From the NCBI RefSeq assembly GCF_009914755.1, contig NC_060945.1: a stretch of 64,000 nucleotides of DNA; one strand, written 5' to 3'. The notes under the pieces are model-generated. The model did not search any database. It saw only the letters and a list, made by a program, of their open reading frames with translations, and had not been told where the DNA came from. How positions within the stretch are numbered: position 1 is the first letter of the stretch; each line of letters starts with the position of its first letter. The translations under genes and the position numbers were made by a program. The DNA is from the human T2T-CHM13v2.0 reference genome, Homo sapiens. This document shows positions 1 through 12,400 of the stretch, one piece after another.

Positions 1-1345
1 CTGTCTGTCTGTCCGTCTGTCTGTCTCGGTCTCTGGCTCTCGCTATCTCCCGCCCTCTCTTTTTTTGCAAAAGAAGCTCAAGTACATCTAATCTAATCCC
101 TTACCAAGGCCTGAATTCTTCACTTCTGACATCCCAGATTTGATCTCCCTACAGAATGCTGTACAGAACTGGCGAGTTGATTTCTGGACTTGGATACCTC
201 ATAGAAACTACATATGAATAAAGATCCAATCCTAAAATCTGGGGTGGCTTCTCCCTCGACTGTCTCGAAAAATCGTACCTCTGTTCCCCTAGGATGCCGG
301 AAGAGTTTTCTCAATGTGCATCTGCCCGTGTCCTAAGTGATCTGTGACCGAGCCCTGTCCGTCCTGTCTCAAATATGTACGTGCAAACACTTCTCTCCAT
401 TTCCACAACTACCCACGGCCCCTTGTGGAACCACTGGCTCTTTGAAAAAAATCCCAGAAGTGGTTTTGGCTTTTTGGCTAGGAGGCCTAAGCCTGCTGAG
501 AACTTTCCTGCCCAGGATCCTGTGTGACCAAAAGTGCCTCTGCTGGGAGCTGGGATCCTCGGGACCATGCTTGCTAGCGCTGGATGAGTCTCTGGAAGGA
601 CGCACGGGACTCCGCAAAGCTGACCTGTCCCACCGAGGTCAAATGGATACCTCTGCATTGGCCCGAGGCCTCCGAAGTACATCACCGTCACCAACCGTCA
701 CCGTCAGCATCCTTGTGAGCCTGCCCAAGGCCCCGCCTCCGGGGAGACTCTTGGGAGCCCGGCCTTCGTCGGCTAAAGTCCAAAGGGATGGTGACTTCCA
801 CCCACAAGGTCCCCACTGAACGGCGAAGATGTGGAGCGTAGGTCAGAGAGGGGACCAGGAGGGGAGACGTCCCGACAGGCGACGAGTTCCCAAGGCTCTG
901 GCCACCCCACCCACGCCCCACGCCCCACGTCCCGGGCACCCGCGGGACACCGCCGCTTTATCCCCTCCTCTGTCCACAGCCGGCCCCACCCCACCACGCA
1001 ACCCACGCACACACGCTGGAGGTTCCAAAACCACACGGTGTGACTAGAGCCTGACGGAGCGAGAGCCCATTTCACGAGGTGGGAGGGGTGGGGGTGGGGT
1101 GGGTTGGGGGTTGTGGGGTCTGTGGCGAGCCCGATTCTCCCTCTTGGGTGGCTACAGGCTAGAAATGAATATCGCTTCTTGGGCGGAGGGGCTTCCTTAG
1201 GCCATCACCGCTTGTGGGACTACCTCTCAAACCCTCCCTTGAGGCCACAAAATAGATTCCACCCCACCCATCGACGTTTCCCCCGGGTGCTGGATGTATC
1301 CTGTCAAGAGACCTGAGCCTGACACCGTCGAATTAAACACCTTGA

Positions 1346-1540
<195 letters not shown>

Positions 1541-1610
1541 CTCTTTCATTGGTTTTCACTGGAGATTCTAGATTCGAGCCACACCTCATTCCGTGCCACA
1601 GAGAGACTTC

Positions 1611-4600
1611 TTTTTTTTTTTTTTTTTAAGCGCAACGCAACATGTCTGCCTTATTTGAGTGGCTTCCTATATCATTATAATTGTGTTATAGATGAAGAAA
1701 CGGTATTAAACACTGTGCTAATGATAGTGAAAGTGAAGACAAAAGAAAGGCTATCTATTTTGTGGTTAGAATAAAGTTGCTCAGTATTTAGAGCTACCTA
1801 AATACGTCAGCATTTACACTCTTCCTAGTAAAAGCTGGCCAATCTGAATAATCCTCCTTTAAACAAACACAATTTTTGATAGGGTTAAGATTTTTTTAAG
1901 AATGCGACTCCTGCAAAATAGCTGAACAGACGATACACATTTAAAAAAATAACAACACAAGGATCAACCAGACTTGGGAAAAAATCGAAAACCACACAAG
2001 TCTTATGAAGAACTGAGTTCTTAAAATAGGACGGAGAACGTAGCTATCGGAAGAGAAGGCAGTATTGGCAAGTTGATTGTTACGTTGGTCAGCAGTAGCT
2101 GGCACTATCTTTTTGGCCATCTTTCGGGCAATGTAACTACTACAGCAAAATGAGATATGATCCATTAAACAACATATTCGCAAATCAAAAAGTGTTTCAG
2201 TAATATAATGCTTCAGATTTAGAAGCAAATCAAATGATAGAACTCCACTGCTGTAATAAGTCACCCCAAAGATCACCGTATCTGACAAAATAACTACCAC
2301 AGGGTTATGACTTCAGAATCATACTTTCTCTTGATATTTACTTATGTATGTATTTATTTTTTTTAATTTATTTCTCTTGAGACGGCGTCTCGCTCTGTCG
2401 CCCAGGCTGGAGTGCGATGGTGTGATCTCGGCTCACTGCAACCGCCACCTCCCTGGGTTCAAGCGATTCTCCTGCCTCAGCCTCCCGAGTAGCTGGGACT
2501 ACAGGTGCCCGCCACCACGCCCAGCTAATCTTTATACTTTTAATAGAGACGGGGTTTCACCGTGTCGGCCCGGATGGTCTCGATCTCTTGACCTCGTGAC
2601 CCGCCCGCCTCGGCCTCCCAAAGTGCTGGGATGACAGGCGTGAGCCACTGAGCCCGGCCTTCTCTTGACGTTTAAACTATGAAGTCAGTCCAGAGAAACG
2701 CAATAAATGTCAACGGTGAGGATGGTGTTGAGGCAGAAGTAGGACCACACTTTTTCCTATCTTATTCAGTTGATAACAATATGACCTAGGTAGTAATTTC
2801 CTATGTGCCTACTTATACACGAGTACAAAAGAGTAAAACAGAGAGACTGCTAAATTAAAGGGTACGTGAAGTTCTTCATAGTAACTCCGTAAACTGGAAC
2901 ACTGTCAAAAAGCAGCAGCTAGTGAATTGTTTCCATGTATTTTTCTATGATCCAATAAGTGAACTATGCTATTCCTTTCCAGTCTCCCAAGCACTTCTTG
3001 TCCCCATCACCACTTCGGTGCTCGAAGAAAAAGTAACAAATCAAGGAACACAACTAAAGAAACACACACACAAACCAAAGACAACTACAGCGTCTGCAAA
3101 AGTTTGCTAGAAGACTGAAACTGTTGAGTATAAGGATCTGGTATTCTACGATCATGAGTTCACTTCAGAGTTTGTTCAAGACATACGTTTCGTAAGGAAA
3201 CATCTTAGTTAGAAGTTATTCAGCAGTAGGTACCATCCCTAAGTATTTTTCACCAAATTCGTGACAATAAAGAGCTATCTAACCAGAAAAATTAGCGAGT
3301 ACCGGCACCATCCATAGGGCTTTGTCTTTACGCTTCATTAGCACTTACCATGCCTTACAATGTCTAGGATTGACCCTGATAGCATTTCGAAAACAAGCTA
3401 ATGCTTTGTCCAGTTCTTCAGTGAAGACAAGCTCACGCCCTAATGCGCTATAGGCATAAGCATCATTTGGATCCACTTCGAGAGTTCTCTGGAAGAATTG
3501 AATCGCAATATCGTGTTCCCGTTGCAGACCGAAACAGTTCCCTGCAGCACACCAGGCCTCTGGCTGGCGAATTTTTATCCATGTCTGTGAAGTCTTTGGA
3601 CAGAACTGAAAGAGCAACCTCTTTCGGAGGATGCCAAAGTGTTGTAGAGTAGATCTCCATGCCTTCGACTCTGTAATTCTCAATCCTCCTAACCTCTGAG
3701 AATTGTCTTTCAGCTTGCGTGGACTCTGAAAGTTTACAATAGGCCCTTCCGATTTGGCACAGTACCCAACCGGTATTGCAGTGGTGAGAAGCTAGATGGC
3801 TCAAGATGCTGATAGCTTCTTTGCCGTGGTAAGAACACAAAGCTAAATAACCTTTCCCCCTTTCACGAAGAAGGCTCATCAAGCCTTCCGCTGCTGCTTT
3901 TTGTAGATTAAAAGCCTGAATCTGAGGCGCGATTGCGGCTATTTTCCCTTCTGAAATGACGGAAGAGTCCAATTTTGTCACTTCCAGGCTATCACTTATG
4001 TTCGGTGGAGTTATTGCTCCTTTATTAGTTTTACTTTTGGTTCTTCTGTTTGGGATTTTAGGTGGAAACTTCATTTTTAATTTTCTCCTATTCTCCTCGG
4101 TTGTGGAGCTGTCACTAGTCAAGAGTCGTGAATGTCTTCGAGGCGGTGCATTTGGGGGAGATGCCATAGTGGGGCTCAATACCTGAGGTGTTGCCCTTGT
4201 CGGCGGACCAGAACTTTGTGTTTTTGCAAGGACTGGAGTTACCTTTCGGCTCTTTCCCCTCTGCGAGAAGACAGACGGTGTTCCGGTTTGGCCGATTCTG
4301 GCAACAGGCTTTTTTGAAGGGGCTCCGGTGGATGGCACGTCAATGACAGACGGTGTCTCATACCAGTGCAGTTTTGTCAATAGGGTCCGTCTCCGGGACT
4401 TGGGGTTTCTAATGGCAAAATGCCAACACTTGGGGTTAATGGACTAACAGCTGCTGGTCCTCCTAATAAACTTCGACCAGTTTTTGGTTTATGTTGAACC
4501 TGTTTAGATCATATGGAAGTTCCTGTTCCCAGTGGGACAGTATCAGGTGAAAGGACAGCTGAATCGATAGAAGACACTGGGGAGTCTGTATTCAAGGAGT

Positions 4601-5406
4601 ACTTTGAATTGGAAGATTCTAAATTCCATCCGTTTCATTCGACGGTGTCCTGGGGTGTTTCCGTAAGAACGGTCTCGGGCTGTCTGTGACATAAACTAGG
4701 ACGAGGTCCAAGTGTTGTGGCGCAACACTTGGACAGGCAGTTGCTAAAGCTCTCTAGAGAGGTGAATCAAAATGTTTGGTCAGGATCTGGCTTTTCCCCC
4801 CTATTTCACATCATGATTCAAAGGGACACCAGAGGAAAGGATTTCAACGAAGGCTCTTTTGGTCACATTCTGATCCTTTGGTAAGCCGATCTGTCTTGCA
4901 ATATACATGTCCCGACGATGGAAGGGGAAAGCGAGCTGAATCACCAAACTCAGGAACGATAATATCATCGTGGCTTTTCTGCTTATGAAACACTCCACCC
5001 GATAAGATTTGATCCCCTTCTGCAAGCTTGCTGAGATCAACACAACATTTCGCAAGCAGGCATTTGCATTGCGGGGTAGTACAACTGTGTCCTTTCAAGA
5101 GTCTATATGTTTTATAGGCCTTTCCTGAGCGGTAAGAACAGGTCGCCAGTAAGAACAAGGCTTCTTCTGAGTGTACTTCTGCATAAAGGCGTTCTGCGGG
5201 GGAAACCGCATCTCGGTAGGCATAGTGGTTTAGTGCTTGCCATATAGCAGCCTGGACGGGTCCCTGCAGCACCGCCATCCTCGAGGCTCAGGCCCACTTT
5301 CTGCAGTGCCACAGGCACCCCCCCCCCCCATAGCGGCTCCGGCCCGGCCAGCCCCGGCTCATTTAAAGGCACCAGCCGCCGTTACCGGGGGATGGGGGAG
5401 TCCGAG
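1611..5406 (-). pseudogene. CDC27P: CDC27 processed pseudogene: 5'UTR, spliced coding exons to ...NPRHxxAW, an intron-like tail and poly(A)
   Basis: Minus-strand ORF fragments MAVLQGPVQAAIWQALNHYAYRDAV (ATG at 5278), KLKMKFPPKIPNR, LQKAAAEGLMSLLRE and EAWCAAGNCF...FRNAIRVNPRH match CDC27/APC3, with frameshifts and stops. Coding homology spans 3349-5278; poly(T) at 1611-1627; candidate TSDs at 1598-1613 and 5407-5422. The coding part is secure, the extension to 1611 is inferred. Confidence 0.93.
2341..2659 (-). mobile_element. Full-length Alu (AluY/Sc-like) inside the pseudogene tail, with a 15-bp TSD
   Basis: Complete Alu body ending AGCCCGGCC; flanking direct repeats TTCTCTTGATATTTA (2326-2340) and TTCTCTTGACGTTTA (2660-2674). 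Confidence 0.92.
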
Positions 5407-5931
5407 ACAGAATGACTTCTTTATCCTGCTGACTCTGGAAAGCCCGGCGCCTTGTGATCCATTGCAAACCGAGAGTCACCTCGTGTTTAGAACACGGATC
5501 CACTCCCAAGTTCAGTGGGGGGATGTGAGGGGTGTGGCAGGTAGGACGAAGGACTCTCTTCCTTCTGATTCGGTCTGCACAGTGGGGCCTAGGGCTGGAG
5601 CTCTCTCCGTGCGGACCGCTGACTCCCTCTACCTTGGGTTCCCTCGGCCCCACCCTGGAACGCCGGGCCTTGGCAGATTCTGGCCCTTCCTGGCCCTTCA
5701 GTCGCTGTCAGAAACCCCATCTCATGCTCGGATGCCCCGAGTGACTGTGGCTCGCACCTCTCCGGAAACATTGGAAATCTCTCCTCTACGCGCGGCCACC
5801 TGAAACCACAGGAGCTCGGGACACACGTGCTTTCGGGAGAGAATGCTGAGAGTCTCTTGCCGACTCTCTCTTGACTTGAGTTCTTCGTGGGTGCGTGGTT
5901 AAGACGTAGTGAGACCAGATGTATTAACTCA

Positions 5932-6085
5932 GGCCGGGTGCTGGTGGCTCACGCCTGTAACCCCAACACTTTGGGAGGCCGAGGCCGTAGGATCCCTCGA
6001 GGAATCGCCTAACCCTGGGGAGGTTGAGGTTGCAGTGAGTGAGCCATAGTTGTGTCACTGTGCTCCAGTCTGGGCGAAAGACAGA
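5932..6085 (+). mobile_element. Alu monomer (FLAM-like)
   Basis: GGCCGGGTGCTGGTGGCTCACGCCTGTAACCCCAACACTTTGGGAGGCCGAGG...GAGGTTGCAGTGAG...CTCCAGTCTGGGCGA. Confidence 0.8.
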
Positions 6086-6195
6086 ATGAGGCCCTGCCAC
6101 AGGCAGGCAGGCAGGCAGGCAGGCAGAAAGACAACAGCTGTATTATGTTCTTCTCAGGGTAGGAAGCAAAAATAACAGAATACAGCACTTAATTA

Positions 6196-7078
<883 letters not shown>

Positions 7079-7894
7079 ACCCCCCCTTTCCCCTTCCCCC
7101 GCTTGTCTTCCCGACAGACAGTTTCACGGCAGAGCGTTTGGCTGGCGTGCTTAAACTCATTCTAAATAGAAATTTGGGACGTCAGCTTCTGGCCTCACGG
7201 ACTCTGAGCCGAGGAGTCCCCTGGTCTGTCTATCACAGGACCGTACACGTAAGGAGGAGAAAAATCGTAACGTTCAAAGTCAGTCATTTTGTGATACAGA
7301 AATACACGGATTCACCCAAAACACAGAAAGCAGTCTTTTAGAAATGGCCTTAGCCCTGGTGTCCGTGCCAGTGATTCTTTTCGGTTTGGACCTTGACTGA
7401 GAGGATTCCCAGTCGGTCTCTCGTCTCTGGACGGAAGTTCCAGATGATCCGATGGGTGGGGGACTTAGGCTGCGTCCCCCCAGGAGCCCTGGTCGATTAG
7501 TTGTGGGGATCGCCTTGGAGGGCGCGGTGACCCACTGTGCTGTGGGAGCCTCCATCCTTCCCCCCACCCCCTCCCCAGGGGATCCCAATTCATTCCGGGC
7601 TGACACGCTCACTGGCAGGCGTCGGGCATCACCTAGCGGTCACTGTTACTCTGAAAACGGAGGCCTCACAGAGGAAGGGAGCACCAGGCCGCCTGCGCAC
7701 AGCCTGGGGCAACTGTGTCTTCTCCACCGCCCCCGCCCCCACCTCCAAGTTCCTCCCTCCCTTGTTGCCTAGGAAATCGCCACTTTGACGACCGGGTCTG
7801 ATTGACCTTTGATCAGGCAAAAACGAACAAACAGATAAATAAATAAAATAACACAAAAGTAACTAACTAAATAAAATAAGTCAATACAACCCAT

Positions 7895-8021
7895 TACAAT
7901 ACAATAAGATACGATACGATAGGATGCGATAGGATACGATAGGATACAATACAATACGATACGATACAATACAATACAATACAATACAATACAATACAAT
8001 ACAATACAATACAATACAATA
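7895..8021 (+). repeat. (CAATA)n/(CGATA)n pentanucleotide microsatellite
   Basis: Directly visible ACAAT/ACGAT/AGGAT 5-mers. Confidence 0.95.
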
Positions 8022-8855
<834 letters not shown>

Positions 8856-9191
8856 TTAACTTCATTTTATGTTATTATCATGATTGATGTTTCGAGACGG
8901 AGTCTCGGAGGCCCGCCCTCCCTGGTTGCCCAGACAACCCCGGGAGACAGACCCTGGCTGGGCCCGATTGTTCTTCTCCTTGGTCAGGGGTTTCCTTGTC
9001 TTTCTTCGTGTCTTTAACCCGCGTGGACTCTTCCGCTCGGGTTTGACAGATGGCAGCTCCACTTTAGGCCTTGTTGTTGTTGGGGACTTTCCTGATTCTC
9101 CCCAGATGTAGTGAAAGCAGGTAGATTTGCCTTGCCTGGACTTGCCTGGCCTTGCCTTTTCTTTCTTTCTTTCTTTATTACTTTCTCTTTT

Positions 9192-9262
9192 TCTTCTTCT
9201 TCTTCTTCTTCTTCTTCTTCTTCTTCTTCTTCTTCTTCTTCTTCTTCTTCTTCTTCTTCTTC
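9192..9262 (+). repeat. (CTT)n trinucleotide tract, derived from an Alu tail
   Basis: About 23 perfect CTT units abutting the Alu at 9263. Confidence 0.95.
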
Positions 9263-9551
9263 TTTTTTTTGAGACAGAGTTTCACTCTTGTTGCCCAGGC
9301 TAGAGGGCAATGGTGCGATCTCGGCTCACCGCACCCTCCGCCTCCCAGGTTCAAGCGATTCTCCTGCCTCAGCCTCCTGATTAGCTGGGATTACAGGCAT
9401 GGGCCACCGTGCCTGGCTGATGTTTGTACTTTTAGTAGAGACGGTGTTTTTCCATGTTGGTCAGGCTGGTCTCCCACTCCCAACCTCAGGTGGTCCGCCT
9501 GCCTTAGCCTCCCAAAGTGCTGGGATGACAGGCGTGAGCCACCGCGCCCAG

Positions 9552-9553
<2 letters not shown>
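9263..9553 (-). mobile_element. Full-length AluS
   Basis: TGAGACAGAGTTTCACTCTTGTTGCCCAGGCT...GAGCCACCGCGCCCAGCC. Confidence 0.92.
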
Positions 9554-9592
<39 letters not shown>

Positions 9593-10239
9593 CGCTTGCT
9601 TGCTTGCTTTCGTGCTTTCTTGCTTTCCCGTTTTCTTGCTTTCTTTCTTTCTTTCGTTTCTTTCATGCTTGCTTTCTTGCTTGCTTGCTTGCTTTCGTGC
9701 TTTCTTGCTTTCCTGTTTTCTTTTTCTTTCTTTCTTTCTTTCTTTCTTTTGTTTCTTTCTTGCTTGCTTTCTTGCTTGCTTGCTTGCTTTCGTGCTTTCT
9801 TGCTTTCCTGTTTTCTTTCTTTCTTTCTTTCTTTTGTTTCTTTCTTGCTTGCTTTCTTGCTTGCTTGCTTTCGTGCTTTCTTGTTTTCTCGATTTCTTTC
9901 TTTCTTTTGTTTCTTTCCTGCTTGCTTTCTTGCTTGATTGCTTTCGTGCTTTCTTGCTTTCTTGTTTTCTTTCTTTCTTTTGTTTCTTTCTTTCTTGCTT
10001 CCTTGTTTTCTTGCTTTCTTGCTTGCTTGCTTTCGTGCTTTCTTGTTTTCTTGCTTTCTTTCTTTTGTTTCTTTCTTGCTTGCTTTCTTGCTTCCTTGTT
10101 TTCTTGCTTTCTTGCTTGCTTGCTTTCGTGCTTTCTTTCTTGCTTTCTTTTCTTTCTTTCTTTTCTTTTTCTTTCTTTCTTGCTTTCTTTTCTTTCATTC
10201 ATTCATTCTTTCTTTCTTTCCTTTCTTTCTTTCTTTCTT

Positions 10240-10282
<43 letters not shown>

Positions 10283-10285
10283 GTT
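9554..10285 (+). repeat. Pyrimidine-rich minisatellite of ~73-95 bp units (7 copies) built from GCTT/TTTC
   Basis: Marker TTTCGTGC recurs, with its CGTG at 9611, 9696, 9791, 9872, 9945, 10034 and 10127. Confidence 0.9.
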
Positions 10286-10290
10286 TCGTC

Positions 10291-10585
<295 letters not shown>

Positions 10586-11671
10586 TGTTGACTCATTTCG
10601 CTTTTTTATTTCTTTCGTTTCCACGCGTTTACTTATATGTATTAATGTAAACGTTTCTGTACGCTTATATGCAAACAACGACAACGTGTATCTCTGCATT
10701 GAATACTCTTGCGTATGGTAAATACGTATCGGTTGTATGGAAATAGACTTCTGTATGATAGATGTAGGTGTTTGTGTTATACAAATAAATACACATCGCT
10801 CTATAAAGAAGGGATCGTCGATAAAGACGTTTATTTTACGTATGAAAAGCGTCGTATTTATGTGTGTAAATGAACGAGCGTACGTAGTTATCTCTGTTTT
10901 CTTTCTTCCTCTCCTTCGTGTTTTTCTTCCTTCCTTTCTTTCTTTCTCTCCTTCTTTAGGTTTTTCTTCCTCTCTTCCTTTCCTTCTTTCTCTCTTTCTG
11001 TCCTTTTTTCCTTCGTGCTTTATTTCTCTTTCGTTCCCTGTGTTTCCTTCTTTTTTCTTTCCTCTCTGTTTCTTTTTCCCTTCTTTCCTTCGTTTCTTTC
11101 CTCATTCTTTCTCTCTTTTTCGTGTTTCTTTCCTTCCCGTCTGTCTTTTAAAAAATGGAGTGTTTCAGAAGTTTACTTTGTGTATCTACGTTTTCTAAAT
11201 TGTCTCTCTTTTCTCCATTTTCTTCCTCCCTCCCTCCCTCCCTCCCTCCCTGCTCCCTTCCCTCCCTCCTTCCCTTTCGCCATCTGTCTCTTTTCCCCAC
11301 TCCCCTCCCCCCGTCTGTCTCTGCGTGGATTCCGGAAGAGCCTACGCATTCTGCCTCTCCGTGTGTCTGCAGCGACCCGCGACCGAGTCCTTGTGTGTTC
11401 TTTCTCCCTCCCTCCCTCCCTCCCTCCCTCCCTCCCTCCCTCCCTCCCTGCTTCCGAGAGGCATCTCCAAACACCCACGCGCCGTGGGTTGTCTTCTGAC
11501 TCTGTCACGGTCGAGGCAGAGACGCGTTTTGGGCACCGTTTGTGTGGGGTTGGGGCAGAGGGGCTGCGTTTTCGGCCTCGGGAAGAGCTTCTCGACTCAC
11601 GGTTTCGCTTTCGCGGTCCACGGGCCGCCCTGCCAGCCGGATCTGTCTCGCTGACGTCCGCGGCGGTTGTC

Positions 11672-11691
11672 GGGCTCCATCTGGCGGCCGC
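11672..11691 (-). promoter_or_regulatory. CTCF-like site about 0.9 kb upstream of the 47S TSS
   Basis: Minus strand GCGGCCGCCAGATGGAGCCC fits CCASYAGRKGGC; position agrees with the known upstream CTCF site of human rDNA (recalled). Confidence 0.65.
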
Positions 11692-11699
11692 TTTGAGAT

Positions 11700-11900
11700 C
11701 GTGCTCTCGGCTTCCGGAGCTGCGGTGGCAGCTGCCGAGGGAGGGGACCGTCCCCGCTGTGAGCTAGGCAGAGCTCCGGAAAGCCCGCGGTCGTCAGCCC
11801 GGCTGGCCCGGTGGCGCCAGAGCTGTGGCGCGTCGCTTGTGAGTCACAGCTCTGGCGTGCAGGTTTATGTGGGGGAGAGGCTGTCGCTGCGCTTCTGGGC
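11700..11900 (+). promoter_or_regulatory. Pol I spacer promoter region (approximate)
   Basis: Lies between the CTCF-like site and a Sal box at 11929, matching the known CTCF - spacer promoter - Tsp layout. The start site cannot be read from sequence. Confidence 0.45.
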
Positions 11901-11976
11901 CCGAGGCGGGCGTGGGGCTGCCCGGGCCGGTCGACCAGCGCGCCGTAGCTCCCGAGGCCCGAGCCGCGACCCGCGG
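11885..11976 (+). ncRNA. MIR6724: MIR6724-like annotated hairpin; copy at +44385
   Basis: CTGGGCCCGaGGCGGGCGTGGGG at 11895-11917 matches recalled miR-6724-5p except at position 10. Status as a true miRNA is doubtful. Confidence 0.6.
11928..11938 (+). terminator. Upstream Sal box (spacer terminator Tsp, TTF-I site)
   Basis: CGGTCGACCAG, 10/11 match to GGGTCGACCAG, about 650 bp upstream of the TSS. Confidence 0.75.
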
Positions 11977-12400
11977 GGACCCGCCGCGCGTGGCGCGGGA
12001 GGCTGGGGACGCCCTTCCCGGCCCGGTCGCGGGTCCGCGCTCATCCTGGCCGTCTGAGGCGGCGGCCGAATTCGTTTCCGAGTCCCCGTGGGGAGCCGGG
12101 GACCGTCCCGCCCCCGTCCCCCGGGTGCCGGGGAGCGGTCCCCGGGCCGGGCCGCGGTCCCTCTGCCGCGATCCTTTCTGGCGAGTCCCCGTGCGGAGTC
12201 GGAGAGCGCTCCCTGAGCGCGCGTGCGGCCCGAGAGGTCGCGCCTGGCCGGCCTTCGGTCCCTCGTGTGTCCCGGTCGTAGGAGGGGCCGGCCGAAAATG
12301 CTTCCGGCTCCCGCTCTGGAGACACGGGCCGGCCCCCTGCGTGTGGCACGGGCGGCCGGGAGGGCGTCCCCGGCCCGGCGCTGCTCCCGCGTGTGTCCTG

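Noticed and set aside
860-945. Faint similarity to 30490-30600 (TTCC..GCTCTG..CCCCACC..CACGTCCCG)
   Set aside because: Short, C-rich and gapped; I cannot separate it from chance without an alignment score.
3463-4380. 305-aa CDC27-like ORF as a functional gene
   Set aside because: Internal fragment with no native start, frameshifted at both ends, with many substitutions; part of the pseudogene.
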